Assembly: GCA_028279705.1 (NCBI GenBank) | Contig: JANQNF010000005.1 | Location: 2,688 to 66,687 of the forward strand | DNA length: 64,000 nt | Reading direction: 5' to 3' | DNA from: an archaeon | Lineage (GTDB): Archaea; Aenigmatarchaeota; Aenigmatarchaeia; QMZP01; JAFGSV01 | Part shown: piece by piece, positions 19,426-31,294 of the stretch | How the letters are laid out: every line of letters starts with the position of its first letter | Position numbering within the stretch: the first letter of the stretch is position 1 | Position numbers and translations under genes: made by a program | Notes under the pieces: generated by a model | Seen by the model: only the letters and a program-made list of their open reading frames with translations | The model's database searches: none | What the model was told of the DNA's origin: nothing

Positions 19426-19884
19426 CTACCCCTTCGTGTACGAAACTGTATTAGAATAGAAATCCTCACTCCACTCCCAAACGTCGCGGACGAAACATTG
19501 GAATTCTGCAAAAGTCAAAGTCATCGTTTCCTCGACTTCCCACTGGGCGATGTCGATTGCCGCGTCGTACTCCTTGGAGTAGTTCCTCGGAACTGGTAAG
19601 TGGATCACTTCGGATTGGATCAACTCAATATAGTCTGAAGTTTTACTCTCCGGATCAAAGTCCTCGAGGTCGAGTTGAACTTTTTGGAAATTCTTCTCCA
19701 TACGGGCAAGAGCTGTCTCCTTGGCTTTCTGGAGTTTCGCCAATGCCTGTTCCTGGTATCCAGCAAGAGCTTCCTCATACTGCTGAATATGTTTCTCCCG
19801 GTTAGACTTCAATGTTTCGAGAAGCCGCTCTCGGTCAACTTTGACTTCACGTTTTTTCTGGTCTTGTCGTGCTTGGTTAGCCAT
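19426..19884 (-). CDS. Hypothetical coiled-coil phage protein
   Basis: AGGAG RBS; 152 aa. Confidence 0.7.
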   Translation of the reverse strand: MANQARQDQKKREVKVDRERLLETLKSNREKHIQQYEEALAGYQEQALAKLQKAKETALARMEKNFQKVQLDLEDFDPESKTSDYIELIQSEVIHLPVPRNYSKEYDAAIDIAQWEVEETMTLTFAEFQCFVRDVWEWSEDFYSNTVSYTKG

Positions 19885-19896
19885 CTAAATTCTCCT

Positions 19897-22140
19897 TTAT
19901 CCATTGTATAGTTCTTCCAGCCTTGCTTCAATCAGCTTGGCTAACTTGGTTTGTAGGGCAGCATCCTTAGTATCGCCGTCCCGGTGAGCAAGACCAGCCA
20001 GTTCATAGGCTTGATCCCGCTTACGTCTTAGGCGAACTACGTTGGTTGAGTTCTTAATTTGTTCCTCGTCCATACTACCTCCAAATATTACCATCAAGGA
20101 TTTGATTAATTGTTACCGACGGGGCTTCCATTAACTCCATTGTATGACTGGCCAGACTGCCGTCATTGACAATAGAGCTAATGAACTGGGAAAATGAGGT
20201 TTCACCCCCTGCTGTAGCATCCTTGAACTTCTCGTGTAAGTCTTCCAGGATCTCAGCCCAATTAGCAGTGTCCTCGTCATCAAACTCCTTACCACCGTTA
20301 GTCACAAACTTATTTACTTCTTGCACCATTGTTTGTCTTTCCATTACCGTTGTGTTGTGGATTTGTTTTGTTAGACCGAACCGGTCTGTGTGCTGGCCGA
20401 CGTCACGTTCCGCCTGGGACATGGCCTGCTCGTTGTATCTGCTGCTCCGCCAGTACCTCCACTAAGGCGTTGGCTCCTGCCCAAAAACAATTCCATAGGA
20501 CTTCCTTGCCCTCATCGTCAAGGTACGTCAGCCCCTCATCCTTCAGGTACTGCTCGAAGAATGGGCGCAGGTTCCCGCTACCCGTCTTCGGTGGTTGGGG
20601 TTGTTGATTCTTCATTTTCTTTCTCGCTTTCTTGCTGGTCCCGCATCTCCGATTGAACATTTGTAAACTCCTCAATTGAACGTTGAACTTTGGCTCTACA
20701 AGCAGCTTCGTATAAGGTCTTACCTAGTACCTCACCAACGAACCCTCGCGAAGCATCAAAGTCAAGCTTATCAGTTAATACGAAGTCAGAGATTATGAGG
20801 CTGAAGTCCCCTTTGTACTTTCTTCGTAACTCTTCTCCACCAATAGTAGACATGGTCACCTCGGTCTCTTGGGTATAGCGTCTTCCTTAGGATAGACCCC
20901 ATACTTTGCGTAAAACTTCTTTCTGTACTTGTCCCTCCACTCTTCGTCTGTTTCCTTGGCATCGTTTTCTTCCATCCTACGCATACCCATAACAGTACCG
21001 TAGACAACACCACAGAAAACACAGAAGAAGAGGAATACACCAATTACCATATACACCAGGAACATTGTTATCTCCTCATGTAACTGACCAGCATAGCGGT
21101 GAAGATAATACTACCCCCCGCTAGGATCAGAAGTACCAGAACGATCATCTTCAGTTCTCCCACTTAATTCGCCGACAACAAGATCCCACAGAGTGGTATC
21201 CCACTCATCCATGACATCATGGGCCAGATCGTTAAGCAGCTTTCCGCGCTGCTCACGGTCCGGGTGTTCTACATTGTTGGCAACGTTGTTGATACACAGT
21301 TGCAGTTCCTTACTCGGTGTCCAAGGACGTTTGAGGCTTTGCTTGATATCAAACTCCTGCACAATTAACATCACCATCGTCTGATAGGTGATCTCAATAC
21401 GCTCGTCAAGCCATGCCCAACGTTTCGCCTGTTTAACCAGAGCCTGTAGGAACTCCGTTTCGGCAGTTTCTTCAATGTAACCTAATAGCTTATCGAAGAT
21501 ACCAGCGACATCCCTGTCGTTAAGTAACTGATCCCACTCCTTAGGATCATCCACAAAGCTGGCCAACCATTCGGCGACCAGCTCACTTTCGGGGTTGTGG
21601 CCTTGAGCAGGACCACAACTAGGACAGTTCGTATCTCCACACATGCAAGGCATCACTCATCCTCCTGTACTGTTTGAAACTCAGCAACCAACCGATTGCA
21701 CTCAGGTAGGAAACAGAATAGCTTCAGTATCCCACCCTCATGCATCTCGGCACGTAACGGAGCAGATGTGTGGCAGACTGACCTGAGATGTGCAGGAAAG
21801 TCACCACACAGTTCACAACCATCCATCAATTGAACTCCTTCATGTCAATGGCTGACCCGTCAAAGTCGCTATCAACCTCAAGCAACTTGTGGGTCAAGCC
21901 TGCTATGAAACGGAGGCCAGCGTCAGTGATCTTTTGTGGACCAATGTGGGAAACCAGGACCGATGCTACAAACGATTCCAACAGCAGCATCTGTTCACCT
22001 AGTTCCCAGTCCTTGAACTCACCTTGCCGAACCTCATCAAGCCATGCCCTAACCTTGGGGATCAGGAACTCGTTGGCTTGCCGTGATCTTTCTTTACCTA
22101 TGCTTCCGTCTCTTTCCATTATTCTTCTCCTTTCGACCAA
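19897..22140 (-). other. Run of small overlapping hypothetical early-type genes (e.g. 21111-21656 with an N-terminal Cys cluster)
   Basis: Tightly packed minus-strand ORFs with GGAG-type RBSs; no recognisable domains. Confidence 0.6.
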
Positions 22141-22934
22141 GTTGCTTCGTAGTCTTCTTCAGTGATACGCATGTTCTCGATGACCTCACCGTCCATCCAA
22201 GCATTCCAGGACTTCAGGAACCAATAGATCATTGTTGTAGATGTTACCTTCTCCTTAGCATTCTTGTTCTTAATCAATCTTTCACGGAGAAGGTAAATAG
22301 GTGAAGCTTTCTTCAGGTTGTCCCCCTTCAGTACTCCATGGTAAAACTCGTCAGCGAAGTCCCTGTCAATTCTTCGGCAGATAAGATACATACCTGCCAT
22401 GAGGCCTGGAGGACCCACTGAATTGTTAGCACACGCTGATGCTACAAACTTGACATCGCTCTTCATACGTCGGTACACCTTCAGTCCTTCAGTCAAGGAA
22501 ACCTTCTGTCTGCTGGCTTCCCCGGTTGCACCTTTGTGATACCGTGAATAGTTGTTCACCGCAGCAGCAGCGATAGCCCAATTAGAAACACCTTCAATGG
22601 CCAAGGCATCGGCAAGTGTTCTTCCCTTACCTTGGTCTAGTGAACGGAACGCATCAGGGTGAACGTTGTAGGCTGTGAAGAACGTCAACGGCTTACCAAG
22701 GGCAATCAGCATACCTAGTCGGTGCTGACCATCCACCAAGTTCCCTTCAGCATCAAACTTGAGGGTATCCCCATTGTCTTCTACCCACTCACCAGCACGG
22801 TAGTCTTTCACCAACGTAATAACCCATTTCTCCTTATAGGGTCGATTACAGTGATTGCGGTTGGCGAGGATATCCTTTGCCTCGCTTACGGTGTAGCGAA
22901 CTTTCTTCGCGTTGAGTTTACTACTCATCTTCAA
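22119..22934 (-). CDS. DGQHR/ParB-Srx-like domain protein
   Basis: NRP...GEW...GDTLKFD...LVDGQHRL...LDQGKGRT. Confidence 0.7.
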   Translation of the reverse strand: MKMSSKLNAKKVRYTVSEAKDILANRNHCNRPYKEKWVITLVKDYRAGEWVEDNGDTLKFDAEGNLVDGQHRLGMLIALGKPLTFFTAYNVHPDAFRSLDQGKGRTLADALAIEGVSNWAIAAAAVNNYSRYHKGATGEASRQKVSLTEGLKVYRRMKSDVKFVASACANNSVGPPGLMAGMYLICRRIDRDFADEFYHGVLKGDNLKKASPIYLLRERLIKNKNAKEKVTSTTMIYWFLKSWNAWMDGEVIENMRITEEDYEATWSKGEE

Positions 22935-23340
22935 ACCTCATAAGAGTAACGATTTCGTTTTCAACAATGGACCCCCAACCAAGCTTCTTAATAGAAACCA
23001 GTTCGTGAGCCCGAGCAACCCACTGTCCGTGTCCTTGAACAGCAGCGTCTCGGTTTTCGTAGCGTTGAACAGGATGAGCACCCTGCTTATCCACAATTGC
23101 AGTTTCGTACCCAACGTCGCTTGTAAGAACTGTTGAGACAACCAACCCTGAGGTAACGTCCTTCCCAACAACTTCCTTAGGACCCTGCAACATACGTTCC
23201 GATGTGTCTAGTAGCATCTCTAGACCCTCTTCAAACACAGTCCTATGCTCCTCTTCTGTTAGGTTTTCCTTTTTAGCTAGGTTCCCGTAGCTTTCTTCAT
23301 CCTTACGTTTACCTGACATAGACAAGCTCCTGTATTGCAC
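22921..23340 (-). CDS. Hypothetical protein
   Basis: VSTV...YETAI...RY...A.QGH motif; coupled to its neighbours. Confidence 0.6.
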   Translation of the reverse strand: MQYRSLSMSGKRKDEESYGNLAKKENLTEEEHRTVFEEGLEMLLDTSERMLQGPKEVVGKDVTSGLVVSTVLTSDVGYETAIVDKQGAHPVQRYENRDAAVQGHGQWVARAHELVSIKKLGWGSIVENEIVTLMRFEDE

Positions 23341-25168
23341 GGGTTCGTGCTACGTAAATAAGGTTCATCTCCTGTTCTTTCTGCCAGTCACTGGAAGCCA
23401 TTGGATGAGGCATCTCGGCACCTTTCGGTTCCAAGATAAATACCCTGTCCGCTTCCAACCCCTTAGCACGGTGAACACTACTCAACCGTATGCCATCAGT
23501 TTCATCAGTGAAAATAGCGTGAATGCTATCAATCACTTCCTGTATGCTGTTTACATCCCTGCAAAACACCAACAGACACTGATATCTATCCTGTAAGGAA
23601 ATCAACCGAGATTCCCTTGGAGTCTTACGTTCGTTTTCAGCCTTGACCTCAGCTTCGTACCATTCCTTGGCACGTACCTTGAGATCACCAACTCCTAGAG
23701 GTCTAAGGCTTTTCACTAGGTTAACCAAGCCATCACCGATATCCCTACCGATAATCCTGGCCTTTCGCTTCGCCCTAATAAACCTCAAGCACTGGCTGAC
23801 CAGTGGAGCATTCACCCTACTAAGGATCATGTCCTCCGGTCCAACGTTGCGGTGATACCTGTCCCCGTCGTACACATCCCCTGTAACGTTGCCTTCATGC
23901 GCATCCGGCATAGCATGAAAGTCTGGGACGATGTGAACTACTTCGCCCACGATACGCTTCCCACATCTGCGGGTAACGTTGAGCGGCAACACTTCACAAC
24001 CACGGTCGGTGGTTTCCAAGTAGCTTTGCATCCGCGGGATACTGGTAACGTCAGCACCAGCAAATCCATAGATGGCTTGCTTAGGATCACCACACAGGAT
24101 CAACCTTCGGCCTGCACGCTTGGCCAACTCCTGTTGGCACCGGTTCAGGTCTTGGGCTTCATCCACCAATAACAGGTCGAACGGATTAATCTTAAGATCC
24201 AGTACCACTGGTAACCAGATCATATCGTTGTAATCCATACGACCGTCAGCAGGATTCTTACACCGCTCAAGGATAATTGGCACCAACTCGTAGATGTCCC
24301 TTCGGTACTTACCGAGGTCCACATCGTAGTGAGCCACCAAGTTATCCAGCGCTGTGTAGAACGCTGGTGAAGTATAGTCAACCAAGTTCAGTTTACACAA
24401 CCGAACCAAGGATTCCGTACCTGTAACCAGATCGGGCTTACTACGGCGAAGGATGCGGATATCTTCTTCTAGCTCTTCGCTAATAAAATCCGCAACCCTA
24501 CCATTGTCAAGTTCCAACTGGCCAAAGGCTTTGACAATCGCCCTACGTCCAAGACTGTGCATGGTCATCGCAGCGCAGTTCTTCGGCACCTTGGCTTTCA
24601 ACTCCATAGCCACCGATTTGTTAAACGCCACGAACCCGGCACTACTAGACGCGGGCGACTTACACATTTCCTCCCAGATAGCAGCTTGCTGATCACTCGG
24701 AGTAATGCTGACAGGAAAGCCTTTCACCTTCTTCAACCCTTCGATGAGGGTAGTTGTTTTCCCCGTACCTGCACGGGCAACAACGATAAGGTGTGAGGCA
24801 TCATCCTTCTTCTGTTGACTGGCTTTCAGGTTAGCCAGCCATCTACTGTTAACATCCTCAACGTCCTCTTGAGTCATGTTAGCAGGTCTTTCCACAACAG
24901 GTTCTTCTTCCTTGTATACCTGCGAAAGGAGCAAGTCAACCACCTGATCCTTAAGTAGCCTGCCAGCACCACGAATACCGTGGAACGATACCAGCTTCTT
25001 AAGGTCCGCAGCAGTCTGCAATTCCAAGTACTCCTGAAGCTCGGCACGATTGGTAATCGTTTCGATGACCTCGTGGAGCTTCCTGCTCGCTGTGTGGCTC
25101 CTTACTCTTTGGATCTGCTTGGCCATTCGGTACCTCCTTTCTCCCCAAGAGCCTTGACGACTTGCCAC
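23309..25168 (-). CDS. SF1 UvrD/Rep-like helicase
   Basis: ARAGTGKTT, AFNK, DEAQD, GDPKQAIYGFAGA, SVHRAKGLE, YVARTRA. Likely start is the ATG at 25126 (AGGAGGT RBS). Confidence 0.93.
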   Translation of the reverse strand: MASRQGSWGERRYRMAKQIQRVRSHTASRKLHEVIETITNRAELQEYLELQTAADLKKLVSFHGIRGAGRLLKDQVVDLLLSQVYKEEEPVVERPANMTQEDVEDVNSRWLANLKASQQKKDDASHLIVVARAGTGKTTTLIEGLKKVKGFPVSITPSDQQAAIWEEMCKSPASSSAGFVAFNKSVAMELKAKVPKNCAAMTMHSLGRRAIVKAFGQLELDNGRVADFISEELEEDIRILRRSKPDLVTGTESLVRLCKLNLVDYTSPAFYTALDNLVAHYDVDLGKYRRDIYELVPIILERCKNPADGRMDYNDMIWLPVVLDLKINPFDLLLVDEAQDLNRCQQELAKRAGRRLILCGDPKQAIYGFAGADVTSIPRMQSYLETTDRGCEVLPLNVTRRCGKRIVGEVVHIVPDFHAMPDAHEGNVTGDVYDGDRYHRNVGPEDMILSRVNAPLVSQCLRFIRAKRKARIIGRDIGDGLVNLVKSLRPLGVGDLKVRAKEWYEAEVKAENERKTPRESRLISLQDRYQCLLVFCRDVNSIQEVIDSIHAIFTDETDGIRLSSVHRAKGLEADRVFILEPKGAEMPHPMASSDWQKEQEMNLIYVARTRAIQELVYVR

Positions 25169-25325
25169 AAACTGTCGAGAACACCAAGCATCCTTTTCTG
25201 TCTTTGGGTGTTCTCTACATCATTGTCTATAGCTTCCACATTAGCCCGCAAGGTATCTATGTCCCTGCGAGCGAAAGTCATGAGTTCCAACCCTTCCTTT
25301 TGCAGAAGCTCCTCTTTACGTTGAT

Positions 25326-25646
25326 TCATCGTATTCTAAACTCCTCTCCTTGTCTGGTGTCAAACAGTTCATAACACACCCAACAGGTCACGATGAGACA
25401 TGGTACTCCTCCGGGTATGATCATCACCACCCAACAGACGTACTTGAGCGGTATCTCAATCCATGTCTCATCGTAGTTAAGATGGACAAGGTTCCAGGCT
25501 GTGATGCCCAGAAAGATGGTGAACAAGCCAGCAAACAACAGGACAGAGTTAATCGCTATCCATTTGTAGTTGAACGGCTTGCCCGGTATCATTGACTTAT
25601 ACGTCATTACTCCTCTCCTAACGTGTTTGTAACCAAGGTTCAGCAA
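25326..25646 (-). CDS. Small membrane protein
   Basis: Two hydrophobic segments. Confidence 0.55.
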   Translation of the reverse strand: MLNLGYKHVRRGVMTYKSMIPGKPFNYKWIAINSVLLFAGLFTIFLGITAWNLVHLNYDETWIEIPLKYVCWVVMIIPGGVPCLIVTCWVCYELFDTRQGEEFRIR

Positions 25647-26643
25647 CAGTCTTCACGTAGTACGGTGCTTGGATCTTAATTCCGTTGAACTCGTACTCGT
25701 GTTCAGTCAGCGGCACGCTTCCATCATAATACTTGGCCAACGTCACATCGGTCAAGTCATCGATCTGGAAGTATCCACGACGCATCCACGGACAGTAGTG
25801 GTGATGAGTATGCTTCGCTGGAAGCGTACGATACCGTAACTTGAACGGGTTGCTAGGATCGCCTGGGACCGGGTGTTCAAAGGTAATGAACACGAACGGG
25901 TCTTTCGGTAGGTACAGCATATCCAACTCTTGCCGTGCTTTCACTCCGGCAAAGTAGATAGCCATCATTTCCAACCAATCTTCTCCGGGGTAGATCTTGG
26001 AGTACAGACTGGTATAGTGTTTGATCTGGTCCTCAGTAAACGGCTTCCAGATCAACTGGTTGTGCTGTTCACCCTGTAACAGATCCTTCATTGGACCTAC
26101 TCGTGCCGAGGCAGTACGGTAGAACTGAGTAAGATCATCACCGTAGTCCCCTTCGAAACATACGTACGAATCCTCAAGCATGGTTTCCACCAATACTCTT
26201 AAGGACAGCGCGTAGTGCTCCACGGCTTCTACCTCCGCTTCCATCAAATCCTTTTGGCCTCGGCCGAACAACCACACATCAGCTAGGTTCTCAGCACGGA
26301 ACGTGAACTCCGCCCTTACACCGTAGTCAGCCAGTGTTTGCTGGAGACACTGTAATTGACGAACGGCGAAGAACTCCAACAGGTCGATACCAGCACCTTC
26401 CTCTTGCTTGCGTGCTGCAAACGGAACAAAGAACCGTATGACCTCGTCGTTATCACGGATCACGTTTCTAATTTGTACCTGTACCTCCGGGACAGGCATC
26501 GGGCCGAACCGACGTTGCTTGGTTCCAATGATTTCCCCTGCGATGGCATCAAGCCGAACAGAGGTCTTCACCCCACTAACGGGGAACGCGCTGTATAGCG
26601 CCTGATCAACTAGATCCTCATAGGTACTACCCATTGTTCTCAC
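25618..26643 (-). CDS. Dit1/PvcA (isocyanide synthase)-like protein, distant
   Basis: Motif order IRFFVPFAARK, IDLLEFFAVRQL, VEHYALSL, FITFEHP, YCPW parallels PvcA/Dit1 (FVLPAFPxK, PDxxExxAL..L, V..Y...L, RLSIH, TPW). Confidence 0.4.
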   Translation of the reverse strand: MRTMGSTYEDLVDQALYSAFPVSGVKTSVRLDAIAGEIIGTKQRRFGPMPVPEVQVQIRNVIRDNDEVIRFFVPFAARKQEEGAGIDLLEFFAVRQLQCLQQTLADYGVRAEFTFRAENLADVWLFGRGQKDLMEAEVEAVEHYALSLRVLVETMLEDSYVCFEGDYGDDLTQFYRTASARVGPMKDLLQGEQHNQLIWKPFTEDQIKHYTSLYSKIYPGEDWLEMMAIYFAGVKARQELDMLYLPKDPFVFITFEHPVPGDPSNPFKLRYRTLPAKHTHHHYCPWMRRGYFQIDDLTDVTLAKYYDGSVPLTEHEYEFNGIKIQAPYYVKTVAEPWLQTR

Positions 26644-27211
26644 TCCAGTGTTGATTTCTGATTTCCGGGTTAAAGCTCCCTACCTTCTTGGCATGGATAC
26701 GAACAAGTCCAGGAGATTCCGGACTAACTTCCCAAGGCTCATCCCACTCCGTAACCTGAGGAATCAGGTCTCTCATAGCCTGTAGCTCCTGCTCATTGGG
26801 CGCACGAACATACTCGCTCTGCTCAGCGCCGTCTCTCTGAACAGAACCGTTGACAGTCCAGATCAACTCATTGTTATCCCCAACTGGTTCCTTGCCAACC
26901 ATGACACGGAGTTGACCGTCGGGCACGTCACAGACATAACGTACTAGGAACGCACCACCGATTGTCATGTGTTGGAGGATCATTTCCGGCGGGGATGAGA
27001 TAGGATGTAGTACCACCCTACTCATCTCCTTCTGTGTGAGATCCTGGTACTTCCTGGCCAACAGCCGCAACGTGACAACGTTGCTAGTGTCGCGAATGGT
27101 TTCCTGGTCCTTGATAAATTCAGCATCACTGATCTTCATGAATAGTCTCCTGTGTCCAAAATTGAGGAGGATTCTTACTTTGCCAGTCCTCCACCATATC
27201 TGAAAGCGCAC
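26627..27211 (-). CDS. Hypothetical protein
   Basis: Likely start 27139 (AGGAG RBS). Confidence 0.6.
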   Translation of the reverse strand: MRFQIWWRTGKVRILLNFGHRRLFMKISDAEFIKDQETIRDTSNVVTLRLLARKYQDLTQKEMSRVVLHPISSPPEMILQHMTIGGAFLVRYVCDVPDGQLRVMVGKEPVGDNNELIWTVNGSVQRDGAEQSEYVRAPNEQELQAMRDLIPQVTEWDEPWEVSPESPGLVRIHAKKVGSFNPEIRNQHWSENNG

Positions 27212-27422
27212 CGTTCACCGCCGTGGTGAACTCCAACATACGCTCATTGTCAGGGGGTCCAACCTTACGTATCTGGTTGGATGTCATCCCGTGGTTTGCG
27301 AGATCAATAAACTCTACGAACTTACGGATCTCAATAATTGCCGGGTCTTCCTGGTACACGCTATGGTACAGATTCCACAACCATCTGGCAGTAGCCTTTG
27401 CATTGAGGGGGATCATGTTCAT
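27126..27422 (-). CDS. Hypothetical protein
   Basis: Coupled minus-strand ORF. Confidence 0.55.
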   Translation of the reverse strand: MNMIPLNAKATARWLWNLYHSVYQEDPAIIEIRKFVEFIDLANHGMTSNQIRKVGPPDNERMLEFTTAVNGALSDMVEDWQSKNPPQFWTQETIHEDQ

Positions 27423-27721
27423 AGCTTACCCCTCAGGTTTTCCAAGAACTTGAGGATGCCGTGGGCCTCCCCAAAGTCCCCTTCACAAGCCTCAACCAAC
27501 TTGGCACCAACTTCCAGCCTGTCTTCGGTCAGGATGGCTTGCTGATAGATGGGATCACCACCTGTCTTCCTACGATGGTTGGACATGATGGTGCTGACGT
27601 ACTGAGGAGACACCTCCAGCCCTGCTTCAGTAGCAGCCTGTGCTACTTCCTTAGGTTTGGCATCTGGGTTGTCCTCCATGTAATCCCGTATCCACTCAGA
27701 CTTGTTCGTTTCGCTCATCAC
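27419..27721 (-). CDS. Small HTH-like protein of a family typical of Planctomycetota
   Basis: NKSEWIRDYMEDNPDAKPKEVAQA...GLEVSPQYVSTI matches the NKSxxIRxY..NP.AxPKEV...G..VS..YVSTI pattern, recalled from planctomycete proteins. Confidence 0.6.
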   Translation of the reverse strand: MMSETNKSEWIRDYMEDNPDAKPKEVAQAATEAGLEVSPQYVSTIMSNHRRKTGGDPIYQQAILTEDRLEVGAKLVEACEGDFGEAHGILKFLENLRGKL

Positions 27722-30700
27722 CGAGCTCCTGTAGCAAGCTTGGCAATCTCTGGGATAGATACCAATAGGTAATCAAGCGTGAAGAACAAGGCAACAGGTT
27801 CCCAGATTTCCTGTTGTGTTTCGACCAGGACTTCATAACCCTTGGCCGGTTTCCTACGTTCTACACGCACGGTCAACCCCAACAACTCTTCAAGGCTGTT
27901 GTGGTCGGGGGTCATTTCGTTAAGGATAACCAGTTCATCACTGGTCATGCTCTCGGGTGCCAACCCCAATACATGGCACACTTTTTCAAGGTCACCGACG
28001 TACATAGTCAGTCCCTCCTAAAATGGTTGTTGATCCAATACAAACCGAACACCAACAGGAGTATTGAGAATACAGCGTATGTCATTACATTCCCAATCTC
28101 CTGCGATGTCCAGTACTCAGCCAGCAGTATTCTCATCATCCCTTTCCTCCTTTTCTGGACACAACACCTGTACGAACAACAACAAGCACAAACATTGTAG
28201 GAACAACACGCTTGGTTCCCACGGCTCATGGGTCCAGGACCTAATTGTTCCAATTAGAAAGTATGCGACTGCGCAGCTATTAACAAGTAGTTTACCTCCC
28301 ATATCAAACCACGCCTTCAATTCATCATTCACTTAATTCCTCCTGTGCTTCTGTTGCTAGTTCCGTAATGGTCTTTACAAAACTGTTAACCAGATGTATC
28401 CTCTCCAAAAGAGGGATACCACATTTACCGAACCAGTCGTACATCTGTTGGCCCAACTCAGAGTCAAGCAGATTGAACATTCCGAAATGAACATCATGCT
28501 CCTGCATCTGGTTCTTACCGCTAGCTTCCACCTCAGACTTGACCTCGCCTATGTCCAGCAGGTTGCATCGGTGCTCAATAGGGTTGATTGATATGGCTAC
28601 CCATATCTCCGTAGGTTCAGGTCTGTTAGCTACCATCCGTTACTCCTTCCAATTTACGCCTCAATATATGAAGCTCGTGCTGTATGCTCTCACGGTCCTC
28701 AGCGTGCAGGTTAGGATCCCGCAGCTCACTGAGCATACTTTCCATTTCCTGGTGACCGTCGCACTTCCTACGTGCTGTACCGCGGATCACCTTACCATCG
28801 ATTCCGTTCTCACTACAAACACCGCACACCTTTCCATCGCTGTGTGACGTCATTCCACAATACGCACAATCCCTGTGCTTCTTAGGAAGTACACAACCAC
28901 AAGGAGCCTTCTCCTTTGCTAAGGCTTTCTTCTCCTCTTGGTCAGCAATCCATTCCGCCTGACGCTTGGACTCACCATCCACCAACGTTCGGCCACTCGG
29001 CTTATGATATACCTCCCAGGAATACAGGTCGTCGCCGTATCCTCTTCGTACACCATAATGCTTCCTTACTGGTTTACGTGGTTTCCTGTTCTTGCTAACG
29101 CGCCCTAGCCTTGGTCGTGCCAGCGCTGCCTCCTTACGTGTCTTACAAGGACCAGCCACAACTTCCCACAACAAGCCTTTCCGCTTGTCCTTGGGATCAC
29201 GCTTGGTTCCTGCAATCTTGTACCACTCTCCGCGCTTGCCAGCAATACGGCACATCATCTTCATACGGGGTCGGCCTGCAAGGTGCGATACCACGTAGTA
29301 GCCGATTACCCTATACACATCATACACGTTGACAAACCGCCGGTCACTCTTGCTGATGCTCTTCGCCCTGTGAGGCTGTAAGAACTTCAGTTCAATCTTC
29401 TTGTGTGGTAGTAACGTCATGGCCCACCTCATTACTTACATAGTAAATTCTAGTTTCATCCCAAGTGAATTCAATCCTATATCGGTGCTCGTACATAAAA
29501 CTGAATTCCTGATCACTTATATAAGTGTCCGCACCTTGATGCAACCACCATAAGTTCTTTTCTTTATTCGTATTACTCAACATGCTGATCAAGGCTGTGT
29601 AGTCAATGATCATGTTATCCATGTTTTTCAGACGCTCTTCAGCACCTTCACCCGAACGGTACACATTGAACAACGCTTGCCAGATCTTACGCATACGTTG
29701 TTCAAAGCTTCCATCACGTGTGTGGGAAATGACCAAGTAGATCACCCCCTTCTTAATCGGTTTCATTTTCATTCCCCCGTAAATGTGCTTGGAGTTCTTC
29801 TACGACCTCAGGTCCAAGGTCGTGAAAGTATAGTTCACACATAATAACCACCAAAGCTTCCAGCTTGGTCTGATCACGTATTAGATCCCTGATGAGATCT
29901 ATTGTTGCTTCGTTGGCCTTCCTCTGTTGGATCCCTTGGTGGACAGTCATCAACTGCTGAGTCATAGGGAACACCAACATAACCAGGATCAATACCCACA
30001 GCATCACATCACCTCGTGATACATCCAGTAGATGGCTTCTTCAAAATCACGTGCCGTGAACTCCCTACCCGACTCTTTCAAATCAGGGATAAGGGTGTTC
30101 TGTAAGTACGCAATAAACGCCTCCATACTTTCAAACTCAGGCACCCTTAACGGGTCCTCAGCCTCAGCAGCATGGATACTTTCTGCGACCTCGCCAAACG
30201 GCACATCACGCAATTGTTCGCGCTTACGCATTCCACGGTTACTACTCATCACTCACTCCGGGATTGGAATAAAGGGGAGCTTCTCGTTGATCAGCAAACA
30301 GATCCTACAATGGGTCATGTTGCACGGTTCATGTAAGGCAGATAGCTCCTTACGAAGGTCACGGATGAGCAGGTACGCTCTCCACAGTATTTCGGCGTCG
30401 GCTAATTCCCCACCCCAAGGAGAAGGAGGATCGGTCTCCCATATAACCTCCTCGTGGCGAGCATCCATCATCCCTAACCAAGCACTCTCATCCCCGTATA
30501 TTTCCTTACATAGGTCTTCAATATTTGTTGACATGTCAGTCCTCAAAGAGTTGGGTGTAGTTGTTGATTTGAGTTGCTGCAACGTGCAGGTTCTCTTCAC
30601 TCCAGTCCGCACCTGCCATCAGGTATTGATGCCAGTGTGTTCGGTGAGCCTTCCTCAGCAAATCCCCTTTGCCTTGGAACACGATCCACGCCTTGGTTGC

Positions 30701-31276
30701 ACCAACAACGTGGATTTCGTCGGATGGCAAATTCTTCAACTCCTGCACACCCAACGTAGGCATCTGCTCAAGGAACTTTGCCTTGATGGTTTTGACCTGG
30801 ATTAGCTCACGGTCATCCACAGCCGTTACAACACGAACACCGGTTTTGGTTTTGATATCACTACTCATTATCTTCCTCCCAGAAAAGGGTATGGTACTCG
30901 TTTTCACTTACGATCGTTTCAATGGGTGCTTTCTGGGGAGAAGCTACATGGAGCGTACTTCAGTACTGAACCCCAGTGCCCACATCCCCCGAACAGTAAC
31001 AGGAGGTGAAATCCCGTTGATAAAGATGCCAGCAGCCATTGCGTTAGGGAATTGAATCCCCATTGTGCCCACTTCCCATTCATCCGGCCACTTATCGCCG
31101 TTGAGGTGTATCTCCACCCCATGTGCGTCACACACAATTAACGTCTGCTCATCCACGATACGGAATATAGGGTCGTCTCCATTAGGGAACCTTTCAGCCC
31201 CTTGGAACCCATCCCACATACCATCCGTAAACGGAGTTGCTTCTGCGTGCAAATGATTTCCACTACTCATTTTCAT
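27718..31276 (-). other. Run of small hypothetical early-type genes (includes 28626-29432, basic with Cys clusters)
   Basis: Dense minus-strand ORFs with RBSs and overlapping start/stop codons. Confidence 0.6.
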
Positions 31277-31294
31277 TCTCCTTCCAACACGGAA

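Noticed and set aside
22119-22934. Dnd phosphorothioation system (DGQHR as in DndB)
   Set aside because: No dndC/D/E or cysteine desulfurase nearby; DGQHR/ParB-like proteins occur alone in phages.
30032-30805. Long plus-strand ORF (257 aa) and similar antisense ORFs such as 51043-51972 and 42108-42827
   Set aside because: Shadow frames antisense to genes with RBSs and recognisable motifs.
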